NCBI RefSeq assembly: GCF_963506605.1
Contig: NC_083276.1
Span: 61,876,001 to 61,940,000 of the forward strand
DNA length: 64,000 nucleotides
Source: Zootoca vivipara
Lineage: Eukaryota
Reading direction: 5' to 3'
Shown here: piece after piece, positions 24,820 through 37,469 of the stretch
Layout of the letters: every line of letters starts with the position of its first letter
Numbering within the stretch: the stretch's first letter is position 1
Program-made: the position numbers and the translations under genes
The notes under the pieces: model-generated
The model's input: only the letters and a program-made list of their open reading frames with translations
Database searches by the model: none
Told to the model about the DNA's origin: nothing

Positions 24820-26450
24820 TCTGCACGACCCCACGCGCGCTTCCGCTAAAGCAAGTCCCATTGAATTCAATGGGACTCGCTTCTCAGGTAAGCGAAGGGT
24901 ACGCGCAGCAGCTCTCGATTCGCCGCAGCGGGGCCGATCTTCACGCAGGTGAAGCTTCGCAGTCAGGCCTGGGGCAAACGAAAGGAAAGAAAGAGGCTCC
25001 TTCCCGCCTCCCCCCCCCCTCCATCAGGCCAGGCTGCGAAAGCGCACACAACCTGTTTGGCAAGGTGAAGGCAAGCGCAACCACCAACTCCCGACCCCCC
25101 CCCCCGCGTCGCCTTCCCCGCCCGACTTACAAGGTGTGGGTGAAGGCGCTGAGTCTCTCGGGCACGGCAGTGAGCCCTTTCCCGGAGCAGTCCACCCCGC
25201 CGTCCCCATCGCAGCTGCAGGAAAGCGGGCAGGGAGGAGGGGAAGCTTCTCGGCTGGGCCCAGGCAAGCTCGCGAAGCCCCAGGCGAAGAAGCCGAGCAG
25301 CGGCAGGCAGCGCATCGCGAGAGCCGCCCTCGGCGCCAAGACCTGCCCGCGGGGTCGCTCGGGCAACCCGGGGAGCCGCCGAGATGGGGGTCTCCCCGTC
25401 GAGGGGGAAAGGGCCAAATCCAGTCAGTAGCTCTCTCGCTCGCTCGCTTCCTTCTCCGCGGGCCCTTCTTCGCCTGAGCGGAGTCTTTGCTATAGCGGCC
25501 GGCAGGCTGCCTGGCTGCCCACCTCAGCGCTCCGCGTCAGCAGCAGCCGAGTCCTCTTTCCTTTCCCCTTCCTCCTCCCCTCAGCAAAATCCCCCCGACG
25601 CTTCAGCGGCTCCCCTTCCTTCCCGCTCCATGGAGAGGCGGCAGCTCGTCGTCAATCATCTCTCAAGCGAGCAGGTAAGGACGCGCCCCGCTGGGCTCTG
25701 CCATGGCAGCCTCGCCGAGCTCCCCTCCTGACGCCGCCGACGCCGCGTGTAGCGCAGCCTCCCCGCTAGGAAGTGGACCCTGCAGCCATTCCAGTGCTCG
25801 CTCGCTCGCCCGCTGCGCTTCGCCTGGCCAGCAGCCTGCCTGCCTTCTTTCGCCTTCTAGGGTTGCACAAAATGCGGACGGCTACTGCGTGCGCTCCTCG
25901 CCAACCCCGGCGCCGGCGCCGGCGCCTGCCGCTGCTTGCTGCTGCGCTATGCAGAACGACGAGGTGTGTATGCTAATGAGGAGGACGCTGCCGCCCGCCC
26001 GCATTGGTGCAGAGAGAACCTCGGCCTGATAAATATGCAAATATTTCCACGCACGTTTCCAAAAAAAAAAATCTCGGCAACGTCCTACGGGAGGGGGGAA
26101 AGCGGGCCTTCATTGGCAAGCGGAGCAGTGAGTGGGCGGGGAAAGAGGTGCTGAGTGACATGGAGGGCGGGGCGGAGGGCGGCTTCGGGAAAAGAGAGGG
26201 GCTGCCCCGGCTTGGGGGGGGGGGGGGAGACTAGGTTTCTTCGATCCACGGTAGAGCCGCGCGTTGCGTGCGCATTGCGTGACGCACGGCTGCTAGCGGA
26301 AGCTACCGGCTCGTCCGGGATTCCGCCGGGAGAGGCGCGAGGAGGAGAGGCTCGCTCGTGCGCCCGGGCCTGGGCTGCAGGCTCCGGGTGAGCAGAGCGG
26401 CGGCTCCACTTCCAGCAAGGAAGAGCGCGCCAGTGGCCGATTGATTGCAA
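24820..26450 (-). promoter_or_regulatory. LGR4: LGR4 CpG island / promoter / 5'UTR
   Basis: Very GC- and CpG-rich. CCAAT boxes (attgg at 26003-26007 and 26112-26116), octamer ATGCAAAT at 26035-26042, GC boxes near 26133 and 26166. Confidence 0.85.
25131..25315 (-). CDS. LGR4: LGR4 (leucine-rich repeat GPCR 4, R-spondin receptor) coding exon 1: signal peptide plus LRRNT; the gene continues left of the window
   Basis: ATG at 25315 gives [62 protein letters not shown], matching the LGR4 N-terminus ([30 protein letters not shown] in human). 185 nt, phase-2 end, GTAAGT donor at 25130-25125, CpG island, next to LIN7C as in other vertebrates. Confidence 0.95.
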
Positions 26451-27569
26451 GCTGGAGGGCCTGGAAGCTGCAGTCATCGGAATGGCCCCAATCCCGATAA
26501 AGACAGCCATTGCCCATTGCCAAGGCAAGCACCCCCTGAGAAGGAGTGGGGTGCCCAAGTTAGCTGCAGCTGCTGTCCGGTTAATTGGAAAGGGCCTTGT
26601 GCTGCATGGCCTGTTTTCTCCGGACTATTGCGTATCTGATTAAAAGTACAAGGCGGGATAAAGCACTGCTTGCAGACACTTCTGGATGGGAGCTTATTGT
26701 GGAATAGGTGTTTTCCCGCCCACGTTTTGTTTTCTTTCTGCAGCACCAACACTGCCTTTTTATTTTTTATGTTGACTCCATCTTTTCCGTATTGTGAAAA
26801 AGCAGCAGTTGAACACCTGCAGTGGCTGCTGTTGTGGAAGGTCATTACGGCGGGGGCAGGGTTGTGGTGTGTGGAGATGTTTTAGTGGGCTCACCCTTAC
26901 TTTCATATGCTCTGGCCCTTTTGTTTCCAGCAGCTCCCATTATTAAAGGAAAGAACCCTATTTCCACTTATTGCCACACGCCCAGCAAAAAAACAACTGT
27001 TCTTTCAAAATCTTCACATGATATATGTGGGAAATTTCCAGGGAGATAAAAATCACAGTACATACACCAGGCTTTTAAAATAAGGTAGTGGTGGTGCTAA
27101 TAATGAAGGTCTTGCACGAAACCTCTTACAAAACAAAGTGGAGACGGATATTGCCCACCTGCTCCCCCTCAAAATACAGAAGCCTCCATTTTGCAACAGG
27201 TTAACTGGGTGGATAAAGCTGGTCACCTTTGCTCTTGCATACTTCCTGGAAGTGTGTGTGCACAGGTACAAAATGTGTGCAGAACTGGCAAAGTTTAATG
27301 GAGAACTTGGGAGGAGTGATCGAGGTGAGGACAGAAAAGCACAGTCCTGATGCTTTCTGTCCAGTTCCACCCACTGATGTGGATAGCAAAGGAACAAATG
27401 GCAATGAATAATCTGACTGAAAAAGAGAGCATGTGCAGAAGGTAACTTGCGACACACCGTAAATGGATCTTCAAGACCTATTTGAGATATAAGGTCCCCC
27501 ATCTGGAATAACCCTGAAACCCTACTTAAACAAAAAGGTTGTGAGGAAACTTCTAGAAACAATGTGGGC

Positions 27570-28105
27570 CTCTGGGAGGACTCTAGTGTAGGAGTCCCAC
27601 GCTAGGTACATCATAACACTAACATAGTGGCTATTGGTACTTCAGGCAGTCCTCAGTTGAACCTGCCATGACTTCTCTCTTGGCCTCATTTCCCCATCTG
27701 CAACAGAGAGGATAATAATACAGACAACTTACAGCAGGGGTGGGGAACCTCTGACCCATGGGCCTCATTTGGTCTGCCACAGATCCCAATTTGCCCTGCA
27801 AGCTCATTTCCCACAAACCAAGAACCAAGCAAGGCCGTTTGCAAGATTCTTGCTCCTTGCAAAAAGCCCTGCTCAGTGCTTTGAAGTGCCAATGACCAAG
27901 TGATCAGCAATGTCTCCAAGCAGCATGCAGGGTGGCTGAGCCCACCTGTCAAATTTGGCCTGGTGTAAGGGATAAAAGGAGCTTGCCTGCTAGCCAGATC
28001 CAGTTCCCCACTCCTGCCTTACACAGTTGTTGTAAGGATTACCTCTAGTAATGCATGTGACATGCTTTGAACACTTGAAAGGGCTATACAAATGTTAAAT
28101 ATTTG
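27570..28105 (+). mobile_element. MIR/CORE-like SINE interrupted by a hAT MITE (27735-28016)
   Basis: CORE-like ggcctcatttccccatctgcaa...ggataataa and L2-type tail gttgtaaggatta...atgcatgtga. The insert has TIRs caggggtggggaac / gttccccactcctg and a 6/8 TSD. Confidence 0.6.
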
Positions 28106-30571
28106 TTTTATCAAGGCTGTGTGCTGCTCCAGCTAACCGTTTGCATTGGAACTTGGATGTGGCTTCAACCTGGGTAGTTATTAAAGAGTTAACTCATTCC
28201 TTACTATAGTCCTGTTTACTATTGTAAAAATTATATGGGAGTTGGGGGAAGCAGAATGATTCAGGAAAGTATTTTACTCAGAGACTAGATCCATATTTTT
28301 GCCTTGGCTATTGGATGTTCACAAAATGCATCACCCCCAAGAATATTATTTTTCTACCTTGGTGACCTTCAGACCTTTGAACTTTATTTCAAGAAAGGCA
28401 GTGGCTCTCCAAATGGAAGGAGCTGAACCCTACTACTTTGGGTAGTAACATCACTTTGTGAAGGTATCGCTGGAGCATTCTGGGCAGATTCAAGACATGC
28501 CAAACCAGCCAGCTACCAAATAGCAACAAAGGTGAGTTCTGAAACCTGTCTGGGATCATTGTGGTGGGACATCCAAACATTTTCAAATCCCTCAGAAGCA
28601 TGTTCTGTCCTGTGGATCTTTCCCACGAAGTGTGTTGTACAGAGGTTTTTTTATAAGGTTCACCACCAAGTGGTTTGTGGCAATCATCCCAAAGGTTTTT
28701 TTTTTTGTTTGGCTTCTAGAGCTCCCTTTCATGCAAAGCATAGATGATCTCTAGCCATTTAACAAACAAAAAAGAGTGAGTATAATGTCATCACGTGATT
28801 GACTCCTCACCTCCCAAAGTCAACAGTCTGCCAAAAAATACCTAAGTGGCTAGTCCTTTTGCCCTGTGAACATTTAATTGATACACATCTAATTTTGTTT
28901 ATCCCTTAGTGTTATATAATGTAGATAGGCTTTGGGCCTATAGATTAAATCTCAGGGAAAGGAATTCCATACCTGGAAACTACAACAGAGCAAAACATTT
29001 TATATTTAATTGTTCTTTTAGAATCACATATTGTCAGGTATGAAAAACTTTCACAGCTGAATAAGCCTTCCCTTACTATCCTGAGTTAAGCAGAATGTTT
29101 TAAATAATACAGGCTAATAGCACTTGCAATTTTACAATTGTGCTCACATGGTACTATTTCCTGCTTTGTCTTATATTATGCATATTGCAGAAAGTATAAT
29201 TTTAAAAGATAATTAAAAAGAAAATGATGCTAATGAGGAATGCAGTTGACATGGCTGTGCAGATAGTAATGGGTGTGGTTGTGAGTTGGTTGCATTGTAA
29301 CGAAACGAAAAGGTTTTTGCGAGTGATAAAAACGTCGAAACTGATCTAAGCACATGCTTATTCTGCTGAAATCAAATCGGACTTTAAAGTGCCTATGTTT
29401 AGCTGGATTTTGCACTTCAGCTGTGTACACACTCTCACCACTGGTTCGGGAAGTGGTGTAACCACAATCCGTATCTATCCTGTATCCATCCTGTTTTTCC
29501 TTATGAAATACTGCATTTTGATGCATCCCCCCAAAACTAGCTTCAATCTTATTTGAGAAAAGGAATGGCCTAGCTGTGTTTCAAGTTAGTAATGTGTTGT
29601 GGCCGTAGGTTGTGACTACCTCTAAATAGTTTTGTTTTCATAGCTTTCCATTCTGGATACCCTCATTTTATTACTTCTGAGGAAATACAAATGAGGATCA
29701 GATTGCACTTTATTAAATTTAAGATCACATATTGCAAAAACTTATGTTAAAGTAGTTCCCTAAAGGAGTGGGAGTGTTTCTCTTAAGTGAGTGGCTTAGA
29801 ATAAGCAGTAGCTGCTTATTATAAATTATAAGAAGAAAAATCCACAAGTATTTTATTTTTCAACACATATGAGCCATTCACTATTAAATTAGCACTATAT
29901 TTCCTGCACATGTTTACTCAGAAGTAGGACTGGAAGGAACTGCCAATTTTGGTTCTCCCGGTGTCTCGTTTTTCCAGTTTTAAGATCCTCATGGAGAGTC
30001 ATCATTTTAGTATTCATCATTTTTACATGCAGCTCTGGCTAATGCAAACATTTTTTGCAAGCAGTTTTCCTTAACATAATGCATCTTTGTATGCTACTTT
30101 CACTAATACCTTCATTCTTATATACACTCTCCCTTAATATAGATATTTTTGTAAGCATTGTTTGAATTTAAGATAATTGCAAATTTTGAAAGGTTTTGGA
30201 TTGCATATTGTTTCAGAAGTGGGAATTTGACAGATTTGGCTTTAAATGCACCCTGAATTGAACACCTTCTCCAACACTACTCAGAAATAACGCCTACTGT
30301 GTTCAGTGGGTCTTATTCCTTAACAAGTATGGTTAAGATCACAGCCTAAAACACTGGAACTAAAGCAACTTCATAAAATACACCTAACAGTTTCTCTTTC
30401 ACCAAATCTGATGCCGGAAGGAAATCGTAACACCTGTAAGACCTCAATTGCAAGTCCTTGAAGAAGCCTAAAATCCAGCATCAATTCTATGAATTAATTA
30501 GATGAGCAAATTTTAATGTTCGAATAAAAGCTTTAAATTGATATGGTACATCTGTTAATTGCAGCCTTACC

Positions 30572-30572
<1 letters not shown>

Positions 30573-30613
<41 letters not shown>
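30573..30613. repeat. (CA)n microsatellite
   Basis: Read directly from the sequence. Confidence 0.97.
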
Positions 30614-30616
<3 letters not shown>

Positions 30617-33600
30617 CGCACATAGGATGTGATCTAGCCATTCACATCAAGGAAAGGGTTAAACACATGCTTAACTTTCTCCCACTGAAATAAAGCTGCT
30701 TAATTTTGGCTGGATTGTGCCTACAAAGTAGTAATAGAAGTAAGTCACCTGCTTTTGGCTTATAGCATAGCAGGCTCAGATGTTATTTTCTCTGTCGCTT
30801 CCTCCTAGAAGAAGAACCTTGACTAAATCTGTTAAAATTGCACACATACATAAATTCTGTAACAAGTGTCCACAGTGCAGTTCTGGCCACCTATACTCAA
30901 GTTCCATTGTGTTGAATGAAACTTATCCCAGGTAGGATTGCAGTCTTCATTACCTTAATGGTTGGGCTGAGCTAGATAATTGGCACTGAAAGAAACATTA
31001 TTGTATGCAGTGCACCCTAAAAGATTGCTGCATCAAACAAGGAAACCAAAGTGATAAGCTAGGAGGAGAAAAAAGCCTGCTATGGTATTTCTATATGTAA
31101 GCGGCAAAGTGTCTGGGCAAGTTTCAACATTACTTTTCTGACATCCCCTAATAACATTCTCAAAGACTGGAAAATAACTTTTGCAGAGAGCGACAGTGCT
31201 ATATCTTATATTTGGAAAACAGCATGTAAAGTATTTCAAAGGGACTTTTTGTATGTGTGGAAGAGAAGGCCAAAAAGCACCGCTGAGTTTGGAAGCCATG
31301 GGAAGGGAAAATACCAAGGAAAAAATTACAAAAATCTGCAAATGAGGAGTTGTCTTCCCCTACCCACAAGCTCTGGAGCAACAAACCACTTCCTAGACCA
31401 AGTCAAAGCTTAACTTGAAATGTTCGTTCATTTGGAGCTGGGGGCAGCGTAAATGTCACCCTGTAAACAGTTTATAGGCCTGCAAGGTAAGGAGCAAAAA
31501 TAAAAAAATGCAGTCAAATTTCCAAGAGTTTGTTGATAGAAGTAGAAGAGATTAATTCTTATGATGATTTCCAGAAGGATAAAAATAATATCTGTGCAAT
31601 TCAAAGAATTAACTTCAAAACTAAAATAAAAAATAGGTTTATATAGCATGCTTTACTAGCCAGATGTTTTGAACTACAACTCCCATCAGCCCCCGCCAGC
31701 ACAGTACTTAGAAGGCGCCCAGATTGTGAATCATGCTTTAAGGGTATTAAATTATCCCACTAATAGTAACAAATGCTAACAGATGATCATATGAAAACTG
31801 AAGCTTTTTAAGAGGCCCACAAGGTTGTAAGAGGCCTTCATCATCTTTAATCCTTGGATTGCACTGATGTGATCAACACATTTTCAAGTATGTTTTGCGT
31901 TATGGCCGTTGAGGTTTTGAGAAAGGGTCAGGAAATGTAGAATTCCGAGGTCTCTCAGGACATTCAGCAAGCCAAGGGTAACCTAGACGGGGGAAACTGG
32001 ATAGTGTACAAGGCTCGGCTCCAGAGACATAGACATAGACAATAGGTGGCACATGGAAGTTTTAATTTATCTATTTTTTTTAACTTGCTATATTTGTATT
32101 GTCACTGTTATCCCTAATTGCAAATTCAAATGTATCCCTATTGTGTTTTATGACTTCCTTGATATTGTATGTGGGCTGGAACTGGTCTGTGACCGAAATA
32201 ATAAATTCATCATCACATGGAAGGAAGCAGAGGGTTGATATGCATATTGCAGCTGAGCCACTGCTTGAGAGTTTATGGAAATACTTCTTTTTGTAATCAA
32301 GTAGGAAGCTCAGTTCTCTGAGAGTTTTGCCTCATGTAGCCAAAATGGTGCCATCCACATACAAGAGGGAGTTCTTAGCAGGCTTGGGGGAACCCCAAAG
32401 TTTGCAGTAGTATGTAACATCCCCACACTTTTTTGGGGGGGGGAATCCTAAGAGGATAGGGTAAACCAAAATTATTTAATAAGGACTGAGCATATTCAGT
32501 GGCTGGTTAACAAATGTGTGAGGATGGAAAATCATAACTGAGTAGCTTGGGAGGCTATGGCTGGCTGGCTGGTATCTTTGCACAGGAGTAGTGATGTTAA
32601 AATTCTCGAGAATAATCTTTTGGAGAATATTCTTGAGAATATTCTCCATTAATGAGGCATGTACATTTAAAGCAGCTGTGTAGACACAGAATTTACAGTT
32701 TGTGGATAATATTATCCGGAGAATTTTCTCACCTCACCTCACTACACAGGAGCATTTCAGATTGCAGCCTCTTGCTGCAGACCCGTCACATTTGGAAATT
32801 ATTTCCCCTGGTGCAGCCATTCCTCTTTTGCTAAATATCTCCCACAGCAGTGGCTGGCACAGAAGCTCTCAAAAGGGGTTCTCCATGTGGTAAAGTATTT
32901 TTTGCACCTTCTGGCCACTACCAGCGCCACAAAAAGCATTTCTATTGGTTTCCATATACCTACTTTAATGTGAAAATCTTCCTGAGGCATTCTTCCTTGC
33001 AAAATATAAATGTGTCATCTGAGATCAGCTATTCAGCGTTTTGTTTAACTATCAACTTTTGACAACCCAGAAGAGGGAGATGGTGAGGCTACCCTCCCTC
33101 TCACCTTGGAAAACCCCACAACCTGTCCCAATTCCTTGGCTCAAAAGTACTATCAAAAAGCCCTAGGAGTCATGTTCAGCATAGGTCTTTCAGCAAGCTT
33201 AGTTTTAATACTGGCCAGGGCAAGTGCCCAACATCTATTAAAAGAGCACTTCATTCTGAGAGCGCAGAAAGACACATTTGCAGTTTTAGATATCCAAAAG
33301 AAACCTACGGTATTAACTTTAGACACTGGCAATGCTAATACTGAATCCAGACAATACGTAGAGGGAGAAATGTTTTTTTCTTTGCAGAGAATGATGAAAA
33401 AGCAACTTTATTGGAAGCATAAACATCACCAAAGAGGTAAGTGCAAAGAGACTTCGGCTAAAAGCATATTATGTTACAGAGGTTTAAAAATAAGGAAGGG
33501 CTTCAACTGGGTCTGCAGCCAAAGTTGGGGTGAAGCCAATGAAGTAAACAGGAGATCAGGCTCAGCACAGGAGCAAAGGGCAGACTTGTAGTCAGTGTCC

Positions 33601-34543
33601 AAGAGCCACAGCACACTGAAAGTTAGGAAAGCATCATGAATTGAAAGTGGAGCGGAGCCAGTAATTAGGTCAGGAAGTCATGTCAACAGCCAGAAGGCCT
33701 GAGCCAGACAGAAAGGTAATGTCTGCAGCATGAACAAGGCAGGAAGAGAGGAGGTAAGCTAGAACACCCTTCACCATGGACTGGAAACGTATTCTTCCCA
33801 GGGCACTATTAAACTAACCAGGCACGTCCTGCTTCCTGCCAGAACTTCATCTAGATGACAGGAGGGGATGCTGGGAACCAGCAAACAAATGAACCAGAAA
33901 GTTCACTGGTCAGAGAGCTGGCAGTCCCGTGGGCTACGATAGTTTGTGACCGTTACTCCAGTGAGCTCCTCAACAGCAGCATAGAAAAATTCTCTCCAGG
34001 CTGTGGAAATACTGAACTCACCCATATGTTTTATGGCATGTTTTTACAAGTGGGCCCATACATTGCTGTTTCTGTGAGTGAAATGAAAGATCAGTTTGAC
34101 TAAAGAAGGGGTGGGGGTGGGGACATCACCTGGAGGAAATGATGCAGTGCAGATACAGAGGCTCCACTCTGGGAAGCAGAAGGGAAACAGAAACCAGCAT
34201 CATGGTAGCCAACAAAAGAAGAAGCGGGATTTTACTTCATTGCCAACATTTTATTACATTTCTGGAAATTAACAGTTGCTCTTCTAATAAGCTAAACAAT
34301 GCTGAAAATGCACAGGGTTGGTACTGCTTAATTTATTTTAAATTTGGTATCACTTTAGGCGCCTCTCCTCATAAGCATAGAGAGGTCTCTTTGGGAAAAA
34401 AAACATTTAAAAGAGCTTTTGCTCTTTCTCTCCCTACTCCTGTTGTCTTTCCATTTCTCCCTCCACCCCCATCCACCCCAAATCTGTCTCTTCTGTTAGT
34501 TTTTAAGGTGCCACAAAAGATTTCTGGGTTTTCTAACAGAATA

Positions 34544-34786
34544 CAGTGGTACCTCTACTAACGAATTTAATGCGTTCTGAATGCACATTCGTAAGTTGAA
34601 AAAAATTGTAAGTCGACTCCCATAGGAATGCATTGGGAGAAAAAATTCGTAAGTTGAAGCAACCCTATCTAAAAATTCGTAAGTAGAAAAAATCCTATCT
34701 AAACCGCATCCAAGATGGCGGACGGAGCTCCGTTCATAAGTAGAAACATTCGTAAGTAGAGTTATTCGTAAGCAGAGGTACCACTG
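34544..34786. mobile_element. Tc1/mariner (Tigger-like) MITE, same family as 3011-3305
   Basis: TA-cagtggtacctct...agaggtaccactg-TA. Confidence 0.9.
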
Positions 34787-34801
34787 TAATATGGCTTCCC
34801 C

Positions 34802-34950
34802 CAGTGCTATTTTTCTAGAAAAAGAGGTGCTGGAACTTATCATGAATGCCTCTGGAATTTATCATGAATGTCTCTTAGAATGGCAATGGCGCCCACCTGA
34901 GAGGTGTCAGAACTGAGTTCTGCCAAGTTCTGGCTAAAAAAAAAGCCCTG
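34802..34950. mobile_element. Probable hAT MITE
   Basis: Ends cagtgctattttt / aaaaaaagccctg; TSD not preserved. Confidence 0.5.
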
Positions 34951-35786
34951 GTTATCCCTCTGTTCTTTACCCTTAAGAATATTCCCTCCCTAACAGCCTC
35001 CTCCTATCTGAACAAGCCCCCTGTGGGCTCTCCCTCACCTGGCATTACCCCACAGGAATTCTCTTGCCCAGCTACAAAACCTTTCCCAGGCATTCCATCC
35101 ATCAAGGAAGCTCTGCCTCCCCAGCATTCCAGGACAACTCCCTCCATCCCATCATTAAGCCTGGCAGACAGGGCAGGGGAGAGAGGGAGTTGGTTTCAAT
35201 GGAGACAGTGAAACAAACCCTAATTATTGGAATGATGGGAAATTTCAACCATGCAAATTATTGTGTACAGAGGCACCCTGGGCTCCAAGCTCTATGCCAA
35301 ACTGCAGATGACGATGATTAAACCACACTTCACCCTAAGATCATCACTTCTCTTTTTAGTTTGTACCTGATGTGTTCTATCTGGTTGTGCATCTGTTCAA
35401 TAACTTCAAGCCAGGAGATGGCTCTTAAATCTGTAAAATAAACCGACAAGTTCTCAAAACTATAATGTGCAATTATTGTATGTATTTCCATTTGTGTGGT
35501 TACTCATGTATCTGGGTCTTCATTGTTTTATATCCAGCTGTTGCTATGAGCTACCTTGGGTGATTTGCTTGGGAAAAGTGGAGCATACATTCTTAAACGA
35601 CTATTTGTCTATTTCACTACATGTCACATCATGGAAATTTCACACAGAACTTCCCCCCATTGTGGAAGTCACATCTGAACTATCTGGCATGGAAAGGACC
35701 TTTACTTAGCTGCACACATTTTCAAAATGAAAGGCTCTTACTTCAGAACACCTGGAGGGCTGTAGCTCAGGTGGAAAGAGCTATGT

Positions 35787-35922
35787 CAGGCATCCCCAAA
35801 CTTCGGCCCTCCAGATGTTTTGGACTACAATTCCCAGCATCCCTGAGTACTGGTCCTGTTAGCTAGGGATCATGGGAGTTGTAGGCCAAAACATCTGGAG
35901 GGCCGCAGTTTGGGGATGCCTG
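35787..35922. mobile_element. 136-bp palindromic hAT MITE inserted in a SINE head
   Basis: caggcatccccaaact...agtttggggatgcctg; perfect TSD agctatgt. Confidence 0.92.
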
Positions 35923-36997
35923 AGCTATGTCTACAAAATGTCCCAGGTTCAGTCGCCAGCATTTCAGGTTGGGCTGGAAAGAATCCTATATGAAATCCTG
36001 CCAGTCAGTAGCTACAGTACAGAACTAGACAATCAATCATCGGATGATATGTTCCTAGAAGCAGTCCTCAGAGGTGGAGGAAGGAAACCCAATGCAGCCA
36101 GGCTAGGCAAAGGGCAGGATTTGGTGCTGCTTAGTGCATTTCAATGGAGGCAACTGATCCACATGGGAATGAATGAATGAATGGGGTAGCCTTTGTGTAC
36201 ATTAGATCTGTTGCAGCTCTTTAAAGAAGCACTTTAACACCACCTAGTGGTATATGATACGGATGTGTACCAGCAGCTCGATCTGTTTTGGAGCTGCTCT
36301 GTCTCTTCCCCCCCCCCCAAACATGAAGAATTCACTGTAATAGGAGAGCCTTAAAATGTTTATAAATTCCCCTCCTCTTTCCACAGAAGTAGATGAAATT
36401 TGCAGGCATAGCAGCTCCTCCTGCCAAATTGTAGGCAGATACATCCAGGCGTTGTCCTGCAATTCACCTTTTAAGTTGGGTGGTTGGTTTGTATACTATT
36501 TTCTGCAAGACTTTGATGTAATTCCCAGGCATGGTCACTCCTTCTGAATAGACAAAACCTGTCATATTTCTGAATGATAGTTGGCAGTGGTTCACAGAGT
36601 TTTACTGCTTTGTGGTGGGTGCAATAGGAATCATAAGTTGGGGGGGGTGGGGTGGAAAGAAGACAATGGATCCCCAGGAAAGGCTGATGTGGGAAAATTG
36701 TCGTCATCCCAGCAAGGACTCTGTTGCACTTGACTAACTTTACTTGCTAGGGGGTGGTCTTTTGAATAATAATGCCCTGTTCCTCCTAGAACAACTTCAA
36801 GCAGACACAGAAGCCCTAGGATTAGCATAGGTACAAATATAGCAATTACATCACTTATTGAAGGATCCTGCCATTAAAATGTATGCATGTATGCCTTTCA
36901 CATGGTATGAAGAAATGGTACGATCAACTGGCCCCAGTTGCAAAATAATGATTTAACAAAGTAATGGACAACCATCTCCCTAATTTTCCTATTAATG

Positions 36998-37469
36998 CAT
37001 AGCTGTCAACCCTCCTATTTTCCGCAGAAAACCCTCTTATTTCAATCCATTTCCCGCTGCTATCCCGGAAAGTAGATGTCCCATAAATTTCCCGGGTTTC
37101 AAAGCAACTCCTCTCCCTCCCTGCTGGCCAGGGATGCTCCACTTGGTGCCCCCCCCCCCCCGTGAGCGAGCAACCAGCTGCCGCCCGGTAAAACGCCTCG
37201 CTCGGTGGCTGGCTGCTCGCTCACTTGCAAATTGCTGCCTGAAATCTCCTCTGTGCATGCCCAGGCATGTGCAGAACCAATTTCTGGTGCCACTCTGTCC
37301 AGACATGCGCAGAAGCGATTTCCAGTGTCCAGACATGCAGACACGGGCAGCCCAGCACCAGAAGTCGCTTCTGCGCATGTCTGGACATGCACAGAACCGG
37401 TTTCTGGTGCTGCGCTGCTGGGTGAGGTTGCTGATCCCTTATTTTCCAATCCGTAAGTTGACAGCTATG
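36998..37469. mobile_element. hAT MITE (CATAGCTGTCAAC TIR variant)
   Basis: TIRs catagctgtcaac / gttgacagctatg; perfect TSD tattaatg; internal palindromes shared with 21450-21729. Confidence 0.9.

Larger units (their letters stand above)
1..25130 (-). other. LGR4: LGR4 intron 1 (partial, more than 25 kb)
   Basis: Follows the exon-1 donor. I could not find exon 2 (DISMNNITQL-like) before the window edge. Confidence 0.75.

Noticed and set aside
1-25130. Search for LGR4 exon 2 or a nested gene
   Set aside because: No LRR-like exon or other coding exon recognised by eye; a small exon cannot be fully excluded without spliced alignment.
25316-25417. 34-codon in-frame N-terminal extension of LGR4 in the ORF track
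   Set aside because: It starts at TTG, not ATG, and would bury the signal peptide. The ATG at 25315 gives an N-terminus of the expected length.
24650-26558. Many overlapping ORFs, including (RKKE)n and a 189-aa plus-strand ORF
   Set aside because: Expected from the (GAAA)n repeat and stop-poor CpG-island DNA; no recognisable domains.
33106-33591. 161-aa plus-strand ORF
   Set aside because: Non-ATG start, no recognisable homology or splice context; probably chance. A tBLASTn or PhyloCSF run would settle it.
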